From Actinomycetota bacterium (GTDB taxonomy: Bacteria; Actinomycetota; Actinomycetes; JAKEEW01): a stretch of 45,081 bases of DNA. Every line of letters starts with the position of its first letter. The stretch's first letter is position 1. The notes beneath the pieces are model-generated. The model was not told the origin of the DNA, did not search any database, and saw only the letters and a program-made list of their open reading frames with translations. Positions 21,124 to 30,338 of this stretch are shown piece by piece. The DNA lies in assembly GCA_046725875.1 (NCBI GenBank), contig JBKOZJ010000114.1, positions 1 through 45,081 of the forward strand, written 5' to 3'. Position numbers and translations under genes: made by a program.

Positions 21124-22661
21124 GGGGCGGTGAAGCGCGTTCGGGGGGCGCCGAAACAACCGTTCGTACGTTGAGTGGGTGGACGGTCACGCGGGACCCG
21201 ATCGAGCGAGCAATTACGGAGCTCGCAGCCGGCCGGCCGGTCGTGGTCGTCGACGACGAGGACCGGGAAAACGAGGGTGACCTGCTGTTCGCCGCGACCA
21301 AGGCCACGCAGGCACTGCTTGGATTCACCATCCGATACACGAGCGGCGTCGTGTGCGTCGCGATGGAAGGCGAGACGCTGGACCGGCTTGCTCTGCCGCC
21401 GATGACGGCGGTCAACGAGGATCGCAAGCAGACCGCCTACACAGTGAGCGTGGACGCCAAGGAAGGGATCACCACCGGCATCTCGGCGGGTGACCGCGCT
21501 CGTACCATCAGCCTGCTCGTCGACCCGGCGACGCGACCGGTTGACTTGACCCGGCCCGGGCACGTCTTCCCGTTGCGCGCCGTCCCCGGAGGCGTGCTCG
21601 AACGGCCCGGCCATACCGAGGCCGCGGTCGATCTGGCAAAGCTCGCCGGCCTGCCGCCCGCCGGCGCAATCTGCGAGCTCGTAAACGACGACGGCACGAT
21701 GATGCGCCTACCGCAGCTACTTGAGTTCGCCGGCCTGCATCGGCTTGCCATCGTGTCGATCGCCGACCTCGTCGCCTTTCGACGGGATCTCGACGTGACA
21801 GACGTCCCGACGAGCCGTGGGATCGAAGCACCGCCGGAGGCGAGCGGACCACGTCCGGCTGATGCGCGCGTGGTGTCCTTGCAACGTGGGGGGACGACCC
21901 CACTGGATCCCCCGGCGGTGCCCAGGCCCGCCACTGCCGGCGACAACCGCGATGCGGAGATGCTCAACGGCGTTCCCAATGAGCCGGCCGCGCGAATGAC
22001 CGACGATGCTCGTCGAGGCGGCGATTCGCCTCGCTCCCGCCGCGTCCAGCGCGTGGCGCGGACTCGACTGCCAACAGCACACGGGCAGTTTGCGGCCGTC
22101 GGCTATCAGGACGCCGCCGGGATCGAGCACATCGCGCTCGTCGCCGGTGACCTCGGCGACGGAACCGACGTCTTGGTCCGGGTCCATTCCGAGTGCCTGA
22201 CTGGTGATGTCTTCGGTTCCCGGCGCTGCGACTGCGGACCGCAGCTCGCTGCTGCGCTGGAGCAGGTGGCCGCGCTGGGGCGCGGGGTCGTCCTCTACAT
22301 GCGCGGCCACGAGGGCCGCGGGATTGGGCTACTCCCGAAGCTGCGTGCCTACTCCCTGCAGGACCGCGGACGCGACACCGTCGACGCGAATCTCGAACTC
22401 GGGCTTCCCGCAGATGCTCGCGATTATCGCGTCGCGGCGGCGATTCTCGCCGACCTCGGGGTGCGTACGGTCCGGTTGCTGACGAACAATCCAGCGAAGC
22501 GCGCGGCACTCGAGGACCATGGCGTATCGGTTGCCAACCAGGTGCCTATCGAGGTTGCTCCGACTCCTGACAACCTTCGTTACTTGCAAACCAAGCGCGA
22601 CCGGATGGGACACCTGCTCGACGTCGATGGCCGCTCCAGTGGGCGGGAGGCTACGCGATGA
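21120..22661 (+). CDS. ribBA: Bifunctional DHBP synthase / GTP cyclohydrolase II with long interdomain insertion
   Basis: [65 protein letters not shown] overlap with ribE. Confidence 0.95.
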   Translation: MRGGEARSGGAETTVRTLSGWTVTRDPIERAITELAAGRPVVVVDDEDRENEGDLLFAATKATQALLGFTIRYTSGVVCVAMEGETLDRLALPPMTAVNEDRKQTAYTVSVDAKEGITTGISAGDRARTISLLVDPATRPVDLTRPGHVFPLRAVPGGVLERPGHTEAAVDLAKLAGLPPAGAICELVNDDGTMMRLPQLLEFAGLHRLAIVSIADLVAFRRDLDVTDVPTSRGIEAPPEASGPRPADARVVSLQRGGTTPLDPPAVPRPATAGDNRDAEMLNGVPNEPAARMTDDARRGGDSPRSRRVQRVARTRLPTAHGQFAAVGYQDAAGIEHIALVAGDLGDGTDVLVRVHSECLTGDVFGSRRCDCGPQLAAALEQVAALGRGVVLYMRGHEGRGIGLLPKLRAYSLQDRGRDTVDANLELGLPADARDYRVAAAILADLGVRTVRLLTNNPAKRAALEDHGVSVANQVPIEVAPTPDNLRYLQTKRDRMGHLLDVDGRSSGREATR

Positions 22662-23134
22662 GCAAGGCTGGCGCCCCCCGGCTGACCGTTGAGAACGCGA
22701 GCGGCCTGCGGGTCGGCGTGGTCGCCGCCCGCTGGCACGAACAGGTAACTGACGCGTTGCTCGATGGTGCCCTGCGGGCACTGAAGGAGGCCGGAGTCCC
22801 GGAGCCGACCGTCATTCGGGTGCCCGGCTCGTTCGAGCTACCGGTGGCGACAAGCGCGCTCGCGGAGAGCGGCTACGACGCGGTCGTCGCACTCGGCGTC
22901 GTGGTGCGCGGCGAGACACCGCACTTCGAGTACGTCTGCCAAGCGGCCACGGTCGGACTCACCGAGGTGTCCGTTCGTACCCGGGTGCCCGTTGGATTCG
23001 GCGTGCTGACATGTGACAACGACGAGCAGGCCCACGCGCGCAGTGGGCTGCCAGGTTCGAGCGAGGACAAGGGCTACGAGGCCGCCCGAGCGGCGCTCGG
23101 CACCGCACTGGCCCTCCAGCGGGCCGGCTTGTGA
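22658..23134 (+). CDS. ribH: 6,7-dimethyl-8-ribityllumazine synthase
   Basis: [40 protein letters not shown]. Confidence 0.97.
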   Translation: MSKAGAPRLTVENASGLRVGVVAARWHEQVTDALLDGALRALKEAGVPEPTVIRVPGSFELPVATSALAESGYDAVVALGVVVRGETPHFEYVCQAATVGLTEVSVRTRVPVGFGVLTCDNDEQAHARSGLPGSSEDKGYEAARAALGTALALQRAGL

Positions 23135-23298
23135 GTCTTCCCGCCCATACACAAGATCTTTGTCCCTATGCAGGTGAGTCATCGTGCCCCGCGGTTAGCC
23201 GATTTCGACGAAAGATGACGGGTTCACCGGCCGATAGGGGAGAAGAGGACCTCGTTCGGAGACCTCCTAGAGTCGAAAAGCGCTCGGAGAGGGCGCCG

Positions 23299-23496
23299 AT
23301 GCGATACCAGGTGCAGCAGCTGCGCGCGGGCGAGTGGACCACCCACACCCACACCGACGACGGCATCGAGGCGGCCCGGCTGGCGATCACGCTCAGCCAG
23401 CAGGCGTCCACCCGAGTGATCGACGAGGAGGGCGAGGTCCTCGCGCTCCACCGCGGCCCGGCCGCGGTCATCCCGTACGCTCGCTCGGGTGGATGA
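23299..23496 (+). CDS. Small hypothetical protein (65 aa)
   Basis: MRYQVQQLRAGEW...; GGAGAGGG RBS, strong GC3 bias. Confidence 0.6.
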   Translation: MRYQVQQLRAGEWTTHTHTDDGIEAARLAITLSQQASTRVIDEEGEVLALHRGPAAVIPYARSGG

Positions 23497-23542
23497 GCGA
23501 GCGCAGCCCCATGCGCACCGAGCGGCAAGCAGCGGGCCACCG

Positions 23543-23629
23543 ACATTCGAGGCGCTGTTCGCGAGGCTCTGCGATCAGGCAGTGACCCGGCCGGCAAGAT
23601 CACGCACCGCCGTGCGTCTCGCCGAGGGG
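23543..23629 (+). pseudogene. hisE: hisE (phosphoribosyl-ATP pyrophosphohydrolase) 5' remnant
   Basis: TFEALFARLCDQAVTRPARSRTAVRLAEG resembles the actinobacterial HisE N-terminus (KTFEELFAEL..KA..RP.GS.T); expected position after ribH; no canonical start, remainder missing. Confidence 0.75.
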
Positions 23630-23632
23630 CGA

Positions 23633-23795
23633 TCGCCCGGCATTCGAGTCGCCGGCCGTGTCTCCGCATCACGACGCCGGGGTTGCGGTCCGCGCGATGG
23701 TTCTTCGGAAGGACGCGCACCGCATCATGGACGACTTGTGGGAGCTGGGGGCGCGAGGCATTCTCGTCACAGACATCCATGCCTGCCGCTTTTAG
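23633..23795 (+). pseudogene. hisG: hisG (ATP phosphoribosyltransferase) 3' remnant with +1 frameshift
   Basis: SPGI / ESPAVSPHHDAGVAVRAMVLRKDAHRIMDDLWELGARGILVTDIHACRF* matches the HisG C-terminal regulatory domain; extra base at ~23644. Confidence 0.9.
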
Positions 23796-23909
23796 ATCCC
23801 GCCAAGAGCCCAGTGGACGACCCCGGAGCCCCACGCTTCCGTCGTGGTCTGCCATGGGCGGTTTGTACGTTGACCCAGGTATCGGTTCCCAATCCGTTGC
23901 AGTGCGACG

Positions 23910-24362
23910 ATGAGCCTGCCCGAGCTGCCCGTCACGTATCGCCCGAAATGGGGCCGGATCGTGCCCTACTCGTTGGCCATCGTCGTACTCGCACTCTGCA
24001 CTGTCCTTGCCATACTCCTGCCGGGCGGCACGCATGGCTTCCGGCCCGTCGACCGGCTGGGCGTATTCGGCGTCGGCGTGCTCGCCGCCGCGTTCCTCTG
24101 TGTGCTCGCCCGCCCGCATGTCATCGCGCGACCAACGGGCCTGCGGGTCGTGAACTTGTTCCGGTCGCGCAACCTCGAGTGGGCTGAGGTAATCGAGGTC
24201 AATCTCCGCAGTGGCGACCCATGGGTGCTCCTCGACCTCTCCGACGGCGATACGCTAGCCGCGATGGGCATTCAGGCCAATGACGGCCTCCGTGCCCAAC
24301 AGGCCGCCCACGAGCTGCGGCGCCTGGTGGCTACCCACACCCTCACCGACCGAAACGACTGA
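23910..24362 (+). CDS. Bacterial PH-domain membrane protein
   Basis: LPVTYRP, two TM helices, GLRVVN...WAEV...GDPWVLLDLSDG..AAMGIQ; usual neighbour of actinobacterial hisG. Confidence 0.88.
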   Translation: MSLPELPVTYRPKWGRIVPYSLAIVVLALCTVLAILLPGGTHGFRPVDRLGVFGVGVLAAAFLCVLARPHVIARPTGLRVVNLFRSRNLEWAEVIEVNLRSGDPWVLLDLSDGDTLAAMGIQANDGLRAQQAAHELRRLVATHTLTDRND

Positions 24363-24463
24363 GGTGTTCGTCACGAGCGGTGATGCCGGCGAGCCGGCTG
24401 CTAAACCGGGGTCGGGCCGAGCGGGAGGTGGCGTTCCGGCCACCGCTAAACCCAAGATTCACG

Positions 24464-24739
24464 TCAGCGTTCGAAGAACCAGGACGCCAGCAGGCGACGT
24501 ATCCGGGAGCGGAACTCTCGGCGGCGGTCCCGGCCCGAATCGAGCCGTTCTGGCCTCGGCCCTTCGGTGTGGACGTCGAATGGAAAGATCGACCAGTGGA
24601 CCTGGTTAAGCTCTCGCCGTCGCCGCCGCTCCGCCTCGCGCACCTCGCGCAACTCGGGTGGAATCGAGCTGGTCTGCCAAGTGCGCCAGTGGCGCCAGCG
24701 AGCACGCAGCCCGGGAAACCGGGGATCTGAATCTCCCAT
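24464..24739 (-). CDS. Possible small basic hypothetical protein (91 aa)
   Basis: ATG with GGGAGG 6 nt upstream; fills the intergenic gap; no family recognised. Confidence 0.35.
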   Translation of the reverse strand: MGDSDPRFPGLRARWRHWRTWQTSSIPPELREVREAERRRRRELNQVHWSIFPFDVHTEGPRPERLDSGRDRRREFRSRIRRLLASWFFER

Positions 24740-24850
24740 CGGTGCCTCCCGCCTTCAACGTACCGGTCCCGGATAAACGGGGCTACGAGCGCCGGTGGCG
24801 AAGATCCGGCGGGGCCGGACCTGCGGCGGCCTCCCGATAGGCTCGATCGT

Positions 24851-25762
24851 ATGACCGAGCCGGGCAAAACCTCTCTGGCCAGCGCGGAGTCGGTCGAGGA
24901 CGTCCAACGGGCGCTTGCCGAGCAGGACTACCTCGCCGACCGAGGGCTGACGACCGCGGTCTTCCTTGCCCTGCGGATGGGCCGGCCTCTGTTCTGCGAG
25001 GGCGACGCCGGGGTAGGCAAGACAAGCGTCGCCGCCGCGATCGCGACCGCGCTCGGCGCACCCTTGATCCGGCTGCAGTGCTACGAGGGCATCGACGCGG
25101 CGCAGGCACTCTACGACTGGGACTTCCCGCGGCAGCTGCTGCACCTGCGCGCCGCGGAGGCCGCCGGCGTACACGACGCGGAGACGCTGGAAGCCGGCCT
25201 CTACGCCCGTCGATTCCTGCTGGCTCGGCCGTTGCTCGCCGCCCTGGAGACCGACCCTTGCGTGCTTCTCGTCGATGAGGTCGACCGCGCCGACGACGAG
25301 TTTGAGGCGTTTCTGCTCGAGGTCCTGTCTGACTTCACCGTGACCGTGCCCGAGCTCGGAACCATTCGCGCGCAGCGGCCACCGGTCGTCGTGCTCACGA
25401 GTAACAGGACCCGCGAGGTCCACGACGCACTCAAGCGCCGCTGCCTCTACCACTGGCTAGATCATCCGAGCATCGAACGTGAGGTGGCGATCATCCGGCG
25501 GCGACTGCCGGATGTGAGTGAGCGGCTGGCCGCCGACGTGGCTGCTGCCGTCGCGGTGTTGCGCGGCGGCGACCTGCTCAAGCCGCCGGGAGTGGCCGAG
25601 TCCATCGACTGGGCCAGCGCCTTGCGCACGCTTGGGGCGGAGCGGCTCGACTCGCTTGCCGCGGAGGCGACGCTGGGCGTCGTACTCAAGTATCGAGAGG
25701 ACCTCGAGCGAGTGCGCGGGAACGGGGTCGCCGCGCTGGCGATTGCCGCGGAGCCGTCATGA
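24851..25762 (+). CDS. MoxR-family AAA+ ATPase (CoxD-like)
   Basis: GDAGVGKT, RLQCYEGID, DEVDRADDEFEAFLLE, TSNRTREVHDALKRRC; TAGGCT at 24838 suggests a leaderless start. Confidence 0.94.
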   Translation: MTEPGKTSLASAESVEDVQRALAEQDYLADRGLTTAVFLALRMGRPLFCEGDAGVGKTSVAAAIATALGAPLIRLQCYEGIDAAQALYDWDFPRQLLHLRAAEAAGVHDAETLEAGLYARRFLLARPLLAALETDPCVLLVDEVDRADDEFEAFLLEVLSDFTVTVPELGTIRAQRPPVVVLTSNRTREVHDALKRRCLYHWLDHPSIEREVAIIRRRLPDVSERLAADVAAAVAVLRGGDLLKPPGVAESIDWASALRTLGAERLDSLAAEATLGVVLKYREDLERVRGNGVAALAIAAEPS

Positions 25763-26931
25763 CCCTGTTGGATGCGGGGGCGACCTCCCCGAGGTCGTCC
25801 GGGCTCGGAGCGATCGGTGACCTTGTGGCGTTCGGCCACCGGCTGCGCGCGGCCGGGGTTCCTGCCTCACCCGACCGCATCCAGGCCTTCGCCGCTGCCG
25901 TGGCAGCACTCGACCCGCTGGTCAGGGAGGACGTCTACTGGGCGGGCCGGCTCACCCTCTGCGGGGATCCGGACGACATCGCGCGTTTCGAGCAGGTCTT
26001 CCGGTTGTGGGTGTACGGGCCGGACGCGGGCTATCGGTTCTCTGGAGAGGTAACAGGTCTCCACCGACGGGATCGATCGGTTACCGACGTTGCCGCAGAC
26101 GCGGGCGGTCGGGGCGACGAGGACGGCGGCGGTGAGCGGCCGATCGGCCTTGCCGCCACCGACGTGGAGGTGCTCAGGCACCGTGACTACCCGCAGCTGT
26201 CAACGGCGGAGCGGGCCGAGGTTCGGCGGTTGATCGCCCTGCTCGACCCGGTTGGCCCGCCGCGGCGATCGCGGCGCTATCGGCCGGCTCGCCGCGGACC
26301 GCTGGATGCCCATCGGACAGTGCGCGCGATGCTCGCCCGCGGCGGGGAGCCGGCCAGACTGCGCCGCCGGCACCATGGCATCAAACCACGGCGGCTGGTG
26401 TTTCTCGTCGACGTGAGTGGCTCGATGGCCGCCTACTCCGACGCGCTGTTGCGAGTGGCTCACGCGGCGGTGCGCCGCCGTTTCGGAACCGAGGTCTTCA
26501 CGATGGGAACCCGGCTCACTCGGGTGACTCGAGAGCTGCGCCATCGGGATCCGGACCGGGCGCTCGCCGCGGCCGGGCGGGCCGTACCCGACTGGAGCGG
26601 CGGAACCCGGCTAGGCGAGCAGCTCAAGGCCTTCTGCGACCGATGGGGGCAGCGCGGGACCGCGCGCGGCGCGCTGCTGGTCGTCGCCAGTGACGGCTGG
26701 GAGCGTGGCGAGGCCCGCTTGCTCGGCGAGCAGATGGCCAGGCTGCGCCGGCTCGCGCATCGCGTCGTATGGGTTAACCCGCACGTGGCCAAGCCAGGCT
26801 TCGCGCCGTCGACGGCCGGCTTGCTGGCCGCGTTGCCGCACGTCGACGACATCCTCGCGGGCCACGATCTCGCGGCGTACGAGGAGTTGGCGCGTGTTCT
26901 GTCCACGAGGGTGAGGTCTTCCGATGCGTGA
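25759..26931 (+). CDS. VWA-domain protein (CoxE-like)
   Basis: DVSGSM MIDAS motif, GTRLTR, WSGGTR, SDGW, WVNP; ATGA overlap with the MoxR gene. Confidence 0.93.
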   Translation: MTLLDAGATSPRSSGLGAIGDLVAFGHRLRAAGVPASPDRIQAFAAAVAALDPLVREDVYWAGRLTLCGDPDDIARFEQVFRLWVYGPDAGYRFSGEVTGLHRRDRSVTDVAADAGGRGDEDGGGERPIGLAATDVEVLRHRDYPQLSTAERAEVRRLIALLDPVGPPRRSRRYRPARRGPLDAHRTVRAMLARGGEPARLRRRHHGIKPRRLVFLVDVSGSMAAYSDALLRVAHAAVRRRFGTEVFTMGTRLTRVTRELRHRDPDRALAAAGRAVPDWSGGTRLGEQLKAFCDRWGQRGTARGALLVVASDGWERGEARLLGEQMARLRRLAHRVVWVNPHVAKPGFAPSTAGLLAALPHVDDILAGHDLAAYEELARVLSTRVRSSDA

Positions 26932-28042
26932 CGTGCTCAACGAGGTAAAGGCGTGGTACGAGCAAGGAGTTGGTCTGGCCACGGTCGTCGGCACCTGGCA
27001 GAGTGCGCCCCGCCAACCCGGTGCGGCAATGGCGGTCTCGGCTTCCGGTGCGGCCGCCGGCAGCGTCTCCGGTGGTTGTGTGGAAGGCGCGGTCTACGAG
27101 GTCGCGCAGGAAGTCATGGCCACCGGCCGGCCGGCGCTGCAACGCTACGGGGTCAGCGACGACGATGCGATGGCGGTGGGACTGACCTGCGGCGGCATCA
27201 TCGACGTCTTCGTTCAGCCGGTGTCACCCGGGACATTTCCCGAGCTTCCGGCGATCGCGTCGGCAATCGAAGAGCACCGCCCGGTCGCGATCGCAACCGT
27301 GGTGTCAACCGAAGTCGGCGCCACGACGACGGCGCCCGCGGTCGGGTCCCGGGTGCTTGTCTGGTCGGATCGAGTTGACGGCTCGTTCGGCGTGGAGGGG
27401 CTGGATGTCGCGGTCGCGGACGACGCGCGCGGCATGCTCGGCACGGGCGTGACAGGTCTACGCCATTACGGCCCACACGGCGAGCGCCGCCGGGACGAGG
27501 TCGGCGTCTTCGTCGAGTCATACGCACCCCCGCCCCGGATGCTGGTGTTCGGGGCGATCGACTATGCGGCGGCGGTGGCCAGGATCGGCAAGTTCCTCGG
27601 CTACCGGGTGACCGTCTGTGACGCGCGGCCGATCTTTGCGACGAGGGCTCGCTTTCCCGACGCTGACGAGGTTGTCGTGGAGTGGCCGCACCGCTACCTT
27701 TCCCGCACCGCGGTGGACGGGCGCGCGGTCATCTGCGTGCTCACTCACGACCCCAAGTTCGATGTGCCGTTGCTGGAGGTTGCCCTGCGAACCCCGGCCG
27801 CGTACGTCGGCGCCATGGGTTCTCGGCGTACCCACGATGACCGGCTGGCCCGGCTGCGCTCGGCCGGGCTGTCGGACGAGGAGCTGGCCCGGCTTGCGTC
27901 GCCGATCGGCCTGGATATCGGTGCCCGGACGCCAGAGGAGACCGCGGTCTCCGTTGCTGCCGAGATCATCGCGCTGCAGTGGGCCGCGACCGGGCGCCGG
28001 CTCTCCGAGACCGAGGGCCGGATCCACGGATCGGCCTCCTGA
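26924..28042 (+). CDS. XdhC/CoxI family molybdoenzyme maturation factor
   Basis: SAPR, GSVSGGCVE, GLTCGG, THDPKFD, GAMGSRR, PIGLDIGARTPEETAVS. Confidence 0.94.
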   Translation: MRDVLNEVKAWYEQGVGLATVVGTWQSAPRQPGAAMAVSASGAAAGSVSGGCVEGAVYEVAQEVMATGRPALQRYGVSDDDAMAVGLTCGGIIDVFVQPVSPGTFPELPAIASAIEEHRPVAIATVVSTEVGATTTAPAVGSRVLVWSDRVDGSFGVEGLDVAVADDARGMLGTGVTGLRHYGPHGERRRDEVGVFVESYAPPPRMLVFGAIDYAAAVARIGKFLGYRVTVCDARPIFATRARFPDADEVVVEWPHRYLSRTAVDGRAVICVLTHDPKFDVPLLEVALRTPAAYVGAMGSRRTHDDRLARLRSAGLSDEELARLASPIGLDIGARTPEETAVSVAAEIIALQWAATGRRLSETEGRIHGSAS

Positions 28043-28105
28043 GGCGGCCGGTGTGAATGTGCCGTTCATGCGGGAGGGGCGAGGACCGAGGCGGGTCGGT
28101 GCGGC

Positions 28106-28687
28106 TTGAGTGACGTTGCCGGGCTGGTGCTCGCCGCTGGCGAGGGACGTCGGTTCGGCCGGCCGAAAGCACTGGTCGAGTTGGACGGCGAGCGGCTCGT
28201 GGATCGGGCGGTCCGGTTGCTCCGCGACGGCGGCTGCGCCCCGATCGTCGTCGTCAGCGGCGCGGCGCCGCTCGAGGTGGCGGGTGCTGATGTCTTCGAC
28301 AACCCCGACTGGAAGACAGGAATGGGCTCCTCGCTGCGGTGTGGTCTTGCCGCGCTTCCGGCCGAGTGCGGTGCGGCTGTCGTGGCGCTTGTCGACCAGC
28401 CGTACATCGGCTTGGAAGCGGTGCGACGCTTGGTGGATGCGTACAGGAAAGGTGCGCAGGCGGCGGTGGTGACCTACGGCGGCCAACGCCGCAACCCGGT
28501 GCTTCTCGCCCGCGATACGTGGCCAGCGGTCGCGGCACTGGCGACTGGCGACGTCGGTGCCCGCCGCTACATCGAGGCACGCCGCCAGGAAGTGGTCGAG
28601 GTGCCGGGCGATGGGACAGGAGATCCGCGCGACATCGACACCCCCGACGACCTGGCTACGGGAATCCGCAACGAGTGTCCGGGTTGA
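28106..28687 (+). CDS. MocA-like molybdenum cofactor cytidylyltransferase
   Basis: LAAGEGRRFG..K, NPDW..GMGSSL, LVDQP, NPV, GDVGAR, DIDTPDD. Confidence 0.9.
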   Translation: MSDVAGLVLAAGEGRRFGRPKALVELDGERLVDRAVRLLRDGGCAPIVVVSGAAPLEVAGADVFDNPDWKTGMGSSLRCGLAALPAECGAAVVALVDQPYIGLEAVRRLVDAYRKGAQAAVVTYGGQRRNPVLLARDTWPAVAALATGDVGARRYIEARRQEVVEVPGDGTGDPRDIDTPDDLATGIRNECPG

Positions 28688-28720
28688 TCCCGCGGGTTAT
28701 TGCGAGCCGGTCCGCAGTAA

Positions 28721-28867
28721 TCAGGAGCCCCGGGTTTCTTCGGCATGGCGGGCTTGCATGCCGGACATGGTCCGCAGCGGAAGCTCCCGCAGCGCCAGCG
28801 CCAGGAGGAAGCCGAGCATCGCAATCGCGGCGGCGATCAGGAACACCAGCTGCATAGCGGAGGCGAA
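28721..28867 (-). pseudogene. C-terminal remnant of a 14-TM DHA2/MDR-type MFS transporter
   Basis: FASAMQLVFLIAAAIAMLGFLLALALRELPLRT matches the last TM helix plus E.PLR tail of DHA2 exporters; rest of gene absent. Confidence 0.7.
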
Positions 28868-28935
28868 ACGACCCAGCGGCGTTTCGTCGCTTGGCTTTTC
28901 CAATTAAATGCTACGCAGGGCGGTACTCGTGCTGT

Positions 28936-30336
28936 TTAGGCGGTGTCGAATCCGGGAGCATGGGCGGCCAACGCGTCCAGCGCCTGCGTGAAACAGCTCA
29001 TTGGTGGCCGGACCAGCCCGGCGCCCACCTGACCCATCCCGGCTACCTTTCCGGCGATTCCCGTGTTGATCTGCGGGAGCAAGCCGGTGCGGACCACTCG
29101 GGTCACGTCGATCCCGACCGGCGTCCCTCGGAAACCGAGAATCGGAACCTGGTAGCGGGGGTGCTCGCCGAGCGTGATCTCGTACATCTCCCCGCTGGTT
29201 TGGACGGCGTCGCCCACCTCACCACCCACAAACCGCACAATTGCCGGTGCGGCGGCCATCGCAAAGCCACCGAGACCGCAGGTTTCGGTGATGGAGGAAT
29301 CGCCGATGTCCGGGTTCGCGTCCTCGGCACCGTAGGTGCCGAGATACAGCCCGTCGGGCACCGCGGCGGGCGCGGTGAACCAGGCATCGCCGCAGCCGGA
29401 CACTTGGACGCCGAAGTCGGTGCCGTTGCGTGCCATCGCCACAACGAGGGTCGACCCGGGCACGTCGCGTCCGGCGTCGAGGGCGAGCTTGCACGCGGTC
29501 ATGACCAGGTTGAGGAAGAAGTGGTCGTTGCCGCCGATGAACCGGGCAACGGCCGCGACGTCGCGGGGGGCCGCGGTGGACTCGACGAGGTGGGGGAGTA
29601 GGTCGCGGAGGAGCATCAGCGTGCCGGCGCGGTTCCGGTTGTGCCCTTCGTCGCCCATCTGGACCATCTGGGCGATCGTCGTGCTCACGTCGAACGGTCC
29701 GTGCCGTCGGATCGCATCTCGCAACAGCGGACCGAGTACCGAGGACATCCAGTCCAGGCGGTCGATCACATCGGGCGAGTAGGCGCCGTACCGCAGGACC
29801 TTCCCGAGCCCCTCGTTGAGCGAGCAGTAGGCCCGGCGGCCCGTCTCCGGATCCTCCACGATGAACATCCACATCGACGGGCTCACGACCCCGGCCATCG
29901 GTCCGACCGCCGCACGCTCGTGGCAGGTCGCGAGGGCAATCTCCGAGCCGAGGCGCTTCTCCGCTTCGGCCGCGGTGCCGGCCAGCCCCTCGAACAGGGT
30001 CGCGCCAATGAGCGCGCCGCGCAGCGGGCCGGATGCTCGCTCCCACGCGATCGGCGGTCCCGCATGTAGCAGCAGACCCGGCTCGAGGCGGAGCACGTCC
30101 CGGGCCGGCGCGAGGTCGACCAGATGCGCCCGCGCGGCGAGGATGCGCTCGAGCGCAGCCGCGTTCGCCACGCGCCGACGGGGGTCTGCCGCCACCCGAG
30201 CCAGGGCGGCTGGGTCACCGGTTGGGGGCCGCCAGTCGACCCGGGTGACGTCTACAGCTTGATTGGCCAGCGCGTCGGCGAGAAAGTCGGCGCCGGTTGC
30301 CACTACGCGCGGCGTCTCGTAGAGGAAACCGTGCAC
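28936..30336 (-). CDS. DUF1116 / YlbE (AllG-like oxamate carbamoyltransferase subunit)
   Basis: LLHAGPPI, GPMAGVVSPSM, NEGLGKVLRYGA, MGDEGHNRN, MARNG, DIGDSSITET, PQINTGIA. Confidence 0.92.
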   Translation of the reverse strand: MHGFLYETPRVVATGADFLADALANQAVDVTRVDWRPPTGDPAALARVAADPRRRVANAAALERILAARAHLVDLAPARDVLRLEPGLLLHAGPPIAWERASGPLRGALIGATLFEGLAGTAAEAEKRLGSEIALATCHERAAVGPMAGVVSPSMWMFIVEDPETGRRAYCSLNEGLGKVLRYGAYSPDVIDRLDWMSSVLGPLLRDAIRRHGPFDVSTTIAQMVQMGDEGHNRNRAGTLMLLRDLLPHLVESTAAPRDVAAVARFIGGNDHFFLNLVMTACKLALDAGRDVPGSTLVVAMARNGTDFGVQVSGCGDAWFTAPAAVPDGLYLGTYGAEDANPDIGDSSITETCGLGGFAMAAAPAIVRFVGGEVGDAVQTSGEMYEITLGEHPRYQVPILGFRGTPVGIDVTRVVRTGLLPQINTGIAGKVAGMGQVGAGLVRPPMSCFTQALDALAAHAPGFDTA

Positions 30337-30338
30337 CC

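Noticed and set aside
23489..24187. 232-aa ORF
   Set aside because: Read-through of the hisE remnant frame; beyond ~52 codons it is off-frame over hisG and the PH gene
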